Part shown: positions 7,667 to 14,606 of the stretch, piece after piece | Numbering within the stretch: position 1 is the stretch's first letter | Layout of the letters: the number at the start of each line of letters is the position of its first letter | Assembly: GCA_938073905.1 (NCBI GenBank) | Contig: CALJEN010000005.1 | Coordinates: 296,716-320,715 of the forward strand | Source: an uncultured Sulfolobales archaeon | GTDB taxonomy: Archaea > Thermoproteota > Thermoprotei_A > Sulfolobales > NBVN01 | Reading direction: 5' to 3' | Length of the DNA: 24,000 nucleotides | Program-made: the position numbers and the translations under genes | Notes under the pieces: generated by a model | The model's database searches: none | What the model saw: only the letters and a program-made list of their open reading frames with translations | Told to the model about the DNA's origin: nothing

Positions 7667-8152
7667 CTAGGCTCGGGGCCAGCCCGAGAGCAGGTAGACC
7701 GCCGCGGCGAGTATCGAGACCGCCAGCAGCAGCCCGTTGGCCGCCTCGTAAGACCTCCCCCTGGGGCTCGCCAGGCGGACCCTCCTGAACGAGGTGCCCT
7801 CCCTCACGTACACGCCTCCCGAGACCAGGTCCAGCAGCAGGTGGAGTTGGTGGGACATCCCGCACGCCACGAAAGTGGCCAGGTAGAGCCTGGGGTCGTG
7901 TAGGAAGAGGGCCCCGAGGACAGTGGCGAGCAGCGTCGAGAGGAGGGACGCCCTGAGGGGCTCGTGTGTCGCCGGCGACCTGCGCCCGCGGCTGTGCCCG
8001 AGGGAGTCCATGAGCCAGTTCAGGCAGAGGGAGGCCACGAACGCGACGTTGAGCAGCTCCACCCCTCTGCCGAGCCCGGCGAGCCTGAGGACCCACGCGG
8101 ACGCGGCTGCCGACAGCAGGACGTGAACGAGCAGTCTTATCAGTTTCACCAA
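7667..8152 (-). CDS. Polytopic membrane protein, DUF1286 / YdjM-like (possible membrane-bound metal-dependent hydrolase)
   Basis: 161 aa with several hydrophobic segments. The His/Asp-containing stretches MDSLGHSRGRRSPATHEP and GMSHQLHLLLD resemble, from memory, archaeal DUF1286. A minus-strand TATA (TTTTATAAG, ~8178-8186) lies about 30 nt upstream of the start. The functional call is weak. Confidence 0.45.
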   Translation of the reverse strand: MVKLIRLLVHVLLSAAASAWVLRLAGLGRGVELLNVAFVASLCLNWLMDSLGHSRGRRSPATHEPLRASLLSTLLATVLGALFLHDPRLYLATFVACGMSHQLHLLLDLVSGGVYVREGTSFRRVRLASPRGRSYEAANGLLLAVSILAAAVYLLSGWPRA

Positions 8153-8301
8153 GCCCTCCGGGTAACCGAGCTTATAAAATTACATTCATAGAGCATGGAG
8201 GATTGACGTTAGATCCCGCTAGCCGGGGAAGGGGATTCCGGAACAGCGCGGGAGCGCGGTGACACGAGGGGCACCCGCTCCCCGGGCTAGGCCGAAAGTA
8301 T

Positions 8302-9438
8302 TCACGAGGTGAGGACTAGGTAAACCCCGGCGGCCACCAGAGCGATGCCGCCAGCGAGCTCCACCAGGGACGCCCTGCTGGCCAGCCTCTCCACGGCTCC
8401 GAGGAGCCTGCCCGAGAGCAGGGAGAAGGCGAGGTAGGGCGCCACGAAAGCTCCCAGGTACGCCGCGACCAGCGCGCTCGCCAGGGTCTCGGAGCCGGCG
8501 GTGGCCCGGAGCAGGACGAAGTAGCCGGCGCTGCAGGGAGCAGCGCTCAGGGAGGCCGCCAGGCCCAGGAGGAGCGGGAAGAACCCTCCTAGGAGGGGAG
8601 CGGGCAGCCTGCTCGGCGGGGCCCCGAGGTCTCGGCAGGCCCGACCCCCGACTGGGCAGCCTAGAACCCCCCTGGAGTGCAGGACCATGTAGACCCCGAA
8701 GGCTACGAAGAGAGTCCAGGCGTAGGGCCTGAGCAGCGAGAGGAGGCCGTGGAGCCCGGCGACGACCAGAAGGTAGCCGAGGCCCAGCCCCAGCACGAAG
8801 GAGAGAAGCCTGGTCGTAGACCCCCTAGTGGAGGTGGCGTACGAGAGCAGGAGACCCGTGTAGAGGTAGAGGACGCAGGGGCTCAGCGCGGAGGCCGTGC
8901 CCAGAGCGAGTGCCCAGGCGACGAGCGCCACCGGGCTCCCAGCGGGCCTCTCGAGTGGTCTGACCTGGCACCTCTCCGCGCGCTCGCCGGACACCACCGA
9001 CCTCCAGTACTCGTCGTCGCGGAAGAGCCCTATCGAGACTAGGACGATAGACCCTCCGCGCTGGACGAGGACCACGGGGACCTCTGCCAGGTACCTCTCC
9101 TCGACGAAGCCCTCGAGAGAGGACAGCAGCCTCTCGAACAGCTCCTTCCGCTCGACGACGTCCACGTAGGCGACACTCTCTCCCGACAGGAGGTCTCCGA
9201 GGTACCGTTCCATCTCTGCGCACTCTGGACAGCCCCTGATCCCGAAGAGGTAGACCGCTCTGTTCCCGTAGAGCCCGACCAGCTCGGCGACCAGGTTCCC
9301 GGGCTCCTCGGCGCAGCCAACCGCGGACCCCCTGTAGAGGACTGGCACTCCATACGCCCCGTCTCCGCGGGCGTGGACCGCCGGGAGGGCTAGCGACGCC
9401 AGGAGCAGGAGGACTAGTGGGGCCCAGCGCCCCATCAC
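8302..9438 (-). CDS. Secreted thioredoxin-like (CPEC) domain fused to a CcdA/DsbD-type transmembrane thiol-disulfide transporter
   Basis: It has an N-terminal signal peptide (MMGRWAPLVLLLLASLALPAVHA) and a Trx-like region with GCPEC. The C-terminal ~210 aa are polytopic, with two membrane-embedded Cys motifs (ALSPCVLYLY and SAAPCSAGYF) as in the CcdA/DsbD family. Its start overlaps the stop of the upstream Trx gene. Confidence 0.65.
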   Translation of the reverse strand: MMGRWAPLVLLLLASLALPAVHARGDGAYGVPVLYRGSAVGCAEEPGNLVAELVGLYGNRAVYLFGIRGCPECAEMERYLGDLLSGESVAYVDVVERKELFERLLSSLEGFVEERYLAEVPVVLVQRGGSIVLVSIGLFRDDEYWRSVVSGERAERCQVRPLERPAGSPVALVAWALALGTASALSPCVLYLYTGLLLSYATSTRGSTTRLLSFVLGLGLGYLLVVAGLHGLLSLLRPYAWTLFVAFGVYMVLHSRGVLGCPVGGRACRDLGAPPSRLPAPLLGGFFPLLLGLAASLSAAPCSAGYFVLLRATAGSETLASALVAAYLGAFVAPYLAFSLLSGRLLGAVERLASRASLVELAGGIALVAAGVYLVLTS

Positions 9439-10046
9439 TTCCTCCCTCTAATGAAGGCGTACGCTACCAGGGCTCCCCCGGCAGCGACCAGCGCGGCCGG
9501 GACGAGGATCTGCGGACCCAGCTCCCATCCCCGGCTCGGCCGGGTGCTGGCCCCGTTCACCAGGATGTACTTCGATACCAGGTCGCTCTGCTCCGAGAAG
9601 CTCATGGGTATCTCGTACACGTTCGGCGGGACCACCAGCAAGACCCTCTCCCGGGGCTCCATCGCCGTGACGTTTCTCCAGAAGCGCTCGTCCGTTACCG
9701 CTCCCACCACTATCGCTACGATGTACTTACCGTCCCTCACGACGTAGGTCTGGGGTATGGAGCCCAGGTACTCCCGATACTCAGGCGGGACTCTGGTCCC
9801 GAGGACACCCCTGAGGGAATCGAAGGCCCTCCTGCACTCCTCGGACAGGTCTATCTTGCAGAAGAGGTAGCTGTCGGTATACCTCTTGCTGAGGAACGCG
9901 TCGAGGTCTCTGCAGTGGGGACACCACGTGGCGCCGTAGAGGTAGAGGAAAGTGCTGCTGCCGAAAGCTATCCAGAGGTGTGCCAGGTACACCGCAAGCA
10001 AGGCGAGCGCCAGCCACCGGACTGCTCCGAGGTAGCGGTATGCCAC
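9435..10046 (-). CDS. Membrane-anchored extracytoplasmic thioredoxin-like oxidoreductase (WCPHC active site)
   Basis: An N-terminal TM helix is followed by LYLYGATWCPHCRDLDAFL, and there is a C-terminal TM helix (ILVPAALVAAGGALVAYAFI). Its Trx domain is paralogous to that of 8302-9438 (shared ...vvrdG..iv..vG...De.fWr.V). Confidence 0.7.
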   Translation of the reverse strand: MAYRYLGAVRWLALALLAVYLAHLWIAFGSSTFLYLYGATWCPHCRDLDAFLSKRYTDSYLFCKIDLSEECRRAFDSLRGVLGTRVPPEYREYLGSIPQTYVVRDGKYIVAIVVGAVTDERFWRNVTAMEPRERVLLVVPPNVYEIPMSFSEQSDLVSKYILVNGASTRPSRGWELGPQILVPAALVAAGGALVAYAFIRGRK

Positions 10047-10122
10047 GGACTGCCCGGGATCGCACTGCTGGGGAGCCTAAAAACCTTGCCGCCGTCCGGT
10101 CGCATAGGGCGGACTCGAGAGG

Positions 10123-10671
10123 CTACGCGGAGCCCTTCCGCAGGAGGTGCCTGAACGCCCTGAGGTTCACGTCGACCCACTCCCTGGCTACTACCTCCCT
10201 GATCGCGCTCTCGATTGCTTCGGGCGGCACTACGGAGGTCACCCCGACGAGGTGTCCCAGGGCAACCATGTTCGCCACCCTGCTGGTGCCCACCTCCCTC
10301 TCGGCTATGTCCGTGTAGGGCTCGGCGTATACCCTCCAGCTCCTCTGCGGGACGTCGGTCACGTTGGAGCTGTCCAGGAACACCACCGCGCCGTCCCTGA
10401 CCAGGTCTTTGTAGGCGTCGAGCTGGAGCTGGTGCATGAACAGGGCTATGTCGGCCCTCATGACCTTTATGAAGTCGGCCTCCTCCTCCCTATCGGCTAC
10501 CACCAGGTCGACCCTCGAGTCGCCGCCGCGCGTCTCGGCCGCGTAGGTCTCGCTGCCCAGCACGTGCAGGCTCGTGTGCTCGGCTATGGCCTTGCCCAGG
10601 ACATGCCCCAGGAACAGTATCCCCTGCCCGCCCCGACCCGCGATCAGTATCTCCAGCCTCACGCTCCTCAC
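10123..10671 (-). CDS. korG: 2-oxoacid:ferredoxin oxidoreductase, gamma subunit
   Basis: LIAGRGGQGILFLGHVLGKAIAE is the gamma-subunit GxGGQG motif. It is the last gene of the delta-alpha-beta-gamma operon, with a 4-nt overlap with the beta subunit. Confidence 0.85.
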   Translation of the reverse strand: MRSVRLEILIAGRGGQGILFLGHVLGKAIAEHTSLHVLGSETYAAETRGGDSRVDLVVADREEEADFIKVMRADIALFMHQLQLDAYKDLVRDGAVVFLDSSNVTDVPQRSWRVYAEPYTDIAEREVGTSRVANMVALGHLVGVTSVVPPEAIESAIREVVAREWVDVNLRAFRHLLRKGSA

Positions 10672-11510
10672 CCACCGCTGCCGAGGACTCTGGAGAGGTA
10701 CTCGCTATATACGTCTATGTAGCCGGGCTCGTCTCTGTCCACGTACTCCCCCAAGACGAAGCCCTTCTCCCAGCTGTAGTCGCTCTCCTCTACGGAGGGT
10801 CTCGCCTTGACTACGACCCTCTTCCTGAGCTCCAAGTAGAGGTCCGCGGGGTTCCTGAAGCCTATGTGCCTCCCGAAGATCTCGGGACACGTCGACAGGA
10901 CCTCGACGAACGCCATCCCCCTCTTGGCCAGCGCCTTGTAGAACATCTGCTCGAGGAGCTGCGGGTGCGTCGTTGATCCCCTCGCTACGTAGTTCGCACC
11001 CAGGGCCGCCGCGAGCCTCACCATGTTGATCTCCTTTTCCGGGTTCCCGTAGGGCGTCGTGGTCGTGTAGAGCCCTCTGGGGGTGGTGGGCGCGAGCTGG
11101 CCCCCGGTCATGCCGTACACCATGTTGTTCACCATCACGACGAGGAGGTCGGCGTTGCGCCTCAGAGCGTGGAGGACGTGGTTTCCGCCTATGGCAGCTA
11201 TGTCCCCGTCCCCACCGACCACGATCATCTTCATCTCGGGCTTCACTATCTTCACACCGAGGGCGAACGGGATGGCCCTTCCGTGGGCAACGTGGGCGGA
11301 GTCGAAGAGGGGGTAGAGGGACATCCTGGCGGTGCAGCCTATCCCGCCGACGAAGGCCACGTTCTCCCTCTTCAGCTGCCCCTCCCTTATCCTCCTGTCT
11401 ACGGCCCTCAGCAGCGTGCCCAGGACTACCCCGAGCCCGCAGCCCGGGCACCACATCGTTGGTATCCTGTCGACCCTCAGGTACGGGTCTAGCGGGTGTC
11501 CTACAGCCAC
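10668..11510 (-). CDS. korB: 2-oxoacid:ferredoxin oxidoreductase, beta (TPP-binding) subunit
   Basis: WCPGCGLGVV, GGIGCTARM and the TPP motif VVGGDGDIAAIGGNHVLHALRRNADLLVVMVNNMVYGMTGGQ are all present. Confidence 0.9.
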   Translation of the reverse strand: MAVGHPLDPYLRVDRIPTMWCPGCGLGVVLGTLLRAVDRRIREGQLKRENVAFVGGIGCTARMSLYPLFDSAHVAHGRAIPFALGVKIVKPEMKMIVVGGDGDIAAIGGNHVLHALRRNADLLVVMVNNMVYGMTGGQLAPTTPRGLYTTTTPYGNPEKEINMVRLAAALGANYVARGSTTHPQLLEQMFYKALAKRGMAFVEVLSTCPEIFGRHIGFRNPADLYLELRKRVVVKARPSVEESDYSWEKGFVLGEYVDRDEPGYIDVYSEYLSRVLGSGG

Positions 11511-12625
11511 TTCTTGACCACCCCTGCTACCTCCTGGGGTAGGGGCATGTCCAGGTCTATAAGGGGCACGCTGACGACCTCCTTATCCCTCAGCACCCCC
11601 CTCAGCTCCCTGAAGTAGAGGCCTACGTTGTTCTCGACCACGAACACCTTCTCGACCCCCTTCAGCAGACCGGCTACGCCCTCCTCGTAGACTGGGAACA
11701 GCGTCCTCAGGGTAACCGAGCACGCTCGGAAGCCCTCCTCCCTCAGCAGCTTGGCGGCCGCTCTGGCCGACAGAGCGGTCGACCCGTAGGAAACAAGCGC
11801 GTGCTCGCAGCCGTCGAGGTGAGTCGCCGAGTAGTCGAAAAGCTTCTCGGAACTCTCGACCACCTTCCTGTAGAGCCTCCACATGAGCCTCCTCTGGATG
11901 TCCGTCCTGGGAGCGTAGTAGCCCCTCTCGTCGTGGGTCAGAGACTCGACCAGGACGTTGTAGCCCTCGCCGAAGCATGCCATCGGGGGCACGAGCCCAC
12001 CGAGGGGATCGTATGGCCTGTAGGCCTCGGGCGACACCGAGGGCTTTCCGCGGTCCACCACCTCGACCTCGCCCCGCTCGCGGACGGCGACCTTGCCGTA
12101 GGTGTGGGCCACGACGGCGTCGGAGAGGAGCACCACCGGCGTCCTCAGCTCCTCCGAGACGTTGAACGCTCTCACGGTCAGGTCGTATGCCTCCTGGGGC
12201 GTAGACGGAGCGAGAACGGGTATCACCAGTCCCCCGTGGAACCCGTAGGTGGCCTGGAGCACGTCGTACTGGCCCGACCTCGTGGGGACGCCCGTCGAGG
12301 GGCCTGTCCTCATGACGTACGCCACGACCAGCGGCGTCTCCGTGATCACGGCCAGGCTCAGGGTCTCGAGCATGAGGGAGAAGCCTGGCCCGCTCGTCGC
12401 CGTCATGCTCTTCGCGCACGCCCAGGAGGCCCCTACCGCGGCGTTTATCGAGGCTATCTCGTCCTCGAACTGGACCACGTGCCCTCCGCGCTTCGGGAGC
12501 TCCCTAGCTAGGTACTCGAATATGTCGGATGTCGGGGTGATCGGGTAGCCTGCGTAGAACTTCAGCCCCGCAGTTATCGAGGCCTTGGCTATCGCCGTGT
12601 TTCCCGTTATGTACTCGTACCTCAC
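11501..12625 (-). CDS. korA: 2-oxoacid:ferredoxin oxidoreductase, alpha subunit
   Basis: ITGNTAIAKASITAGLKFYAGYPITPTSDIFEYLA...FEDEIASINAAVGASWACAKSMTATSGPGFSLMLE...GPSTGVPTRSGQYD are canonical alpha-subunit motifs. The D-A-B-G gene order and subunit sizes resemble KGOR-type enzymes. Substrate specificity cannot be read from the sequence. Confidence 0.9.
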   Translation of the reverse strand: MRYEYITGNTAIAKASITAGLKFYAGYPITPTSDIFEYLARELPKRGGHVVQFEDEIASINAAVGASWACAKSMTATSGPGFSLMLETLSLAVITETPLVVAYVMRTGPSTGVPTRSGQYDVLQATYGFHGGLVIPVLAPSTPQEAYDLTVRAFNVSEELRTPVVLLSDAVVAHTYGKVAVRERGEVEVVDRGKPSVSPEAYRPYDPLGGLVPPMACFGEGYNVLVESLTHDERGYYAPRTDIQRRLMWRLYRKVVESSEKLFDYSATHLDGCEHALVSYGSTALSARAAAKLLREEGFRACSVTLRTLFPVYEEGVAGLLKGVEKVFVVENNVGLYFRELRGVLRDKEVVSVPLIDLDMPLPQEVAGVVKKWL

Positions 12626-12828
12626 CCCGCGCTCACCTCAACGAATATCGCGAAGTCCGGACAGTTGTACTCGCAGAGCCTGCACCCGATGCACTTCTCC
12701 GGGCGTGCCGGGACAGCGTGCCTGTAGCCCCTCCTGTTCCGGGCGCTCCCTATCTCCAAGACCTTCGTGGGGCACACGGTCACACATATGCCACACTCCT
12801 TACACCTCTCTGTTAGAACGCTGATCAC
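12622..12828 (-). CDS. korD: 2-oxoacid:ferredoxin oxidoreductase, delta subunit (2x[4Fe-4S] ferredoxin)
   Basis: Two CxxCxxCxxxCP motifs: CKECGICVTVCP and CIGCRLCEYNCP. GTG start, with a 4-nt overlap with the alpha subunit. Confidence 0.85.
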   Translation of the reverse strand: MISVLTERCKECGICVTVCPTKVLEIGSARNRRGYRHAVPARPEKCIGCRLCEYNCPDFAIFVEVSAG

Positions 12829-13030
12829 GTACTTCCCCTCTCCCCTTACTACGGGAACTGGAGAGGCACCCAGCCTCTCGCACCGGGCGATAACTTGAGC
12901 ACGGCTATTAAAGACCAGCGTAATTAACGTTATAGAATCTGAACAGGCTAAAATGGCTTGAGCGGTCCCCGCTCCCGCACCCCGAGCCGCGCGCCCCGCC
13001 TAGGCTCTCGCTCACCCCCGGGACGATCCG

Positions 13031-13318
13031 CTAGACCTCCACACCTATCCTCACGAGGTTGCCGTCCACCAGGACTATGGTGCGACCCGCGGAGTACTCC
13101 ACCTCCACCAGGCGGAGCTCTCCACCGAAGGACTCCTCGAGCGACGACAGAGCTGCCACGGCTATCGAGATGGCTCTCGCCAGAGGCTCGTCGAGCTCGC
13201 TCACGTTGCCGAGCGCGTCTACGATCTCGCCCGTAGACCTCTCTACCACGATGATTCTGCTGGGAAGCTCTGGAGCCAGCTCGACTCGGGGAATCCCGCT
13301 CACGCTGGCAGTCTCCAT
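13031..13318 (-). CDS. Small conserved-looking protein, possibly Roadblock/LC7 (MglB-like) fold
   Basis: 95 aa. The pattern RIIVVERSTGEIVDALGNVSE...ARAISIAVAALSSLEE...LRLVEVEYSAGRTIVLVDGNLVRIGV resembles Roadblock/LC7 domains. A palindromic TATA (CTTTAAAG, 13355-13362) lies upstream. This is a weak, by-eye assignment. Confidence 0.35.
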   Translation of the reverse strand: METASVSGIPRVELAPELPSRIIVVERSTGEIVDALGNVSELDEPLARAISIAVAALSSLEESFGGELRLVEVEYSAGRTIVLVDGNLVRIGVEV

Positions 13319-13446
13319 CTGGCTTCTCCCGTTACGAGCCTCGGATGGCAGTTACTTTAAAGAGCACACCTCCATCTCCGGTGGCCCTCGGTAGCGCGCT
13401 CTGCCCTATTAAGCTCTGGGTTCTCCGCGTACTGTGGTGCGGAGGA

Positions 13447-14256
13447 GTGTGCTGGGGCGTACTGGGGAAGCTCGTCAGAATGGAGGGGGTGGAGGGGGAG
13501 GTCGAGGTCGGGGGGACCACGATAAGAGCCCTCGTGGCTCTGGAGGACGCTAAGCCGGGAGACGTCGTTCTCGTCCACGCGGGTGTCGTGATAGAGAAGC
13601 TCGACAGGGAGAGAGTCCTGGAGAACCTGGCGGTGTACTACGACCTCGCCAAGTACCACTACGTCTTCAACGGGGAGAGCGAGGAGGAGGCAGCGAGGAG
13701 GGCCCGGGAGGACATGGTGAGACTGGCCGGGGAGCTCGGGATCCCCGAGGACGAGATGCTCAGGGCCATCCGCGAAGCGGGTGAGGGGGGCGCGGGTCTC
13801 GGGGAGCCTAGACCGGAGGGGGTGCCAGAGACCGCGTTCTCGATGGACTACATGGTCCAGCTCGCCGAGACGGACTACCTCCAGGTGATGCACTACACCA
13901 ACTACGTGAGGGTCTGCGAGAGGGCCTTCATGGTCATGCTCGCCAGCGCGGGCATCGGCTACAGCAGGCTCATACACGAGTACGGGCTGTTCATCCCGAC
14001 GGTGGAGGTGAGCGCCAAGCTGAGGGCCCCCTCGAGGCTCGACAACAGGCTGAAAGTCTACGTCTGGGTGGAGGAGGTGGGGAGGAAGCACGTCAAGTAC
14101 AGGTGCGTGGTCTACAACGCCACCTCCGGGCGGGTCGCGGCCGACGTGACTCACGTGGCCGTCTGCACCGACACCGCTCTCACCTCCAGCCACGAGATAC
14201 CGGAGGACGTGAGGAACGCCCTGAGGAGCATGGTTTCGGCGAGCGGCGGTGCCTAG
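13447..14256 (+). CDS. HypC/HybG/HupF-family domain fused to a 4HBT/YbgC-type hotdog acyl-CoA thioesterase domain
   Basis: From the in-frame GTG at 13447 the product starts MCWGVLGKLVRMEGVEGEVEVGGTTIRALVALEDAKPGDVVLVHAGVVIEKLDRERVLENL. This carries the HypC hallmarks of Cys2 and the VLVH.G histidine. The C-terminal part, AETDYLQVMHYTNYVRVCERAF...GLFIPTVEVSAKLRAPSRLDNRLKVYVWVEEVGRKHVKYRCVVYN...VAADVTHVAVC, fits the 4HBT hotdog fold with the (D/E)TD catalytic Asp. A TATA (CTATTAAG, 13406-13413) lies ~34 nt upstream. The track's ATG at 13345 would place promoter sequence inside the CDS and bury the essential N-terminal Cys. Confidence 0.75.
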   Translation: MCWGVLGKLVRMEGVEGEVEVGGTTIRALVALEDAKPGDVVLVHAGVVIEKLDRERVLENLAVYYDLAKYHYVFNGESEEEAARRAREDMVRLAGELGIPEDEMLRAIREAGEGGAGLGEPRPEGVPETAFSMDYMVQLAETDYLQVMHYTNYVRVCERAFMVMLASAGIGYSRLIHEYGLFIPTVEVSAKLRAPSRLDNRLKVYVWVEEVGRKHVKYRCVVYNATSGRVAADVTHVAVCTDTALTSSHEIPEDVRNALRSMVSASGGA

Positions 14257-14418
14257 AGGCGCGCTCGCCCGGCTCGGGGTGCCTAGCTCTCGCACCCCTC
14301 CATGCCCAGCGCCGAGCGGAAGCGCTGTTCCCGGGCTTCGGGTGGAGCGCGGATCCGGGGGTTCTCGAGGGCTCCCGGGACAGCAGTTTAAGTATCCTCC
14401 ACGAGAATAGAGTACGCG

Positions 14419-14467
14419 GTGATGAGTCCGCCGAAGATGATCGGTGAAGTGAGGACTCGAGCACTGA
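14419..14467 (+). ncRNA. Candidate C/D box sRNA (2'-O-methylation guide)
   Basis: C box GUGAUGA (14419-14425), 12-nt spacer, degenerate D' (UGAU, 14438-14441), degenerate C' (GUGAAGU, 14444-14450), 13-nt spacer, D box CUGA (14464-14467). A TATA TTTAAGTA (14387-14394) sits 32 nt before the C box. The internal boxes are poor and no terminal stem is evident. Confidence 0.3.
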
Positions 14468-14606
14468 TTCTCCGAAGGGAAGCGCGCTCTCAGCCTGTCG
14501 GTAGAGGCGATTCGTAGATCCCGTACCAGAAGCCACCGCCGCGCTAATCTCCGGTTAATTTAAAGCTTATAAGAGAGCCCTTCCGTACTCTAGGAAAGGA
14601 CTCGAA

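Noticed and set aside
6324-8096. 590-aa minus-strand ORF, the longest in this region
   Set aside because: The product is an Arg/Gly/Pro-rich low-complexity string (…RRARQRGGAAQRRVRG…). It is out of frame over the well-supported cysteine desulfurase and the membrane protein, which is a typical shadow ORF of GC-rich DNA.
10705-12419. 249-aa and 278-aa minus-strand ORFs, and 236-aa and other plus-strand ORFs, overlapping korB/korA
   Set aside because: They are out-of-frame or antisense shadows of subunits that carry unambiguous TPP- and CoA-oxidoreductase motifs, and their products are low-complexity Arg/Gly/Glu strings.
13345-13446. ATG at 13345 as the start of the HypC-fusion ORF (track model, 303 aa)
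   Set aside because: It would place the palindromic TATA (13355-62) and the CTATTAAG box inside the CDS. It would add a non-homologous 34-aa leader and bury the HypC Cys that must be N-terminal. The in-frame GTG at 13447 gives the canonical MC..G.. start.
13357-14295. 312-aa minus-strand ORF antisense to the HypC-thioesterase gene
   Set aside because: The composition is Arg/Pro/His-rich with no recognisable motif, and it is fully antisense to a gene with two clear domain matches.
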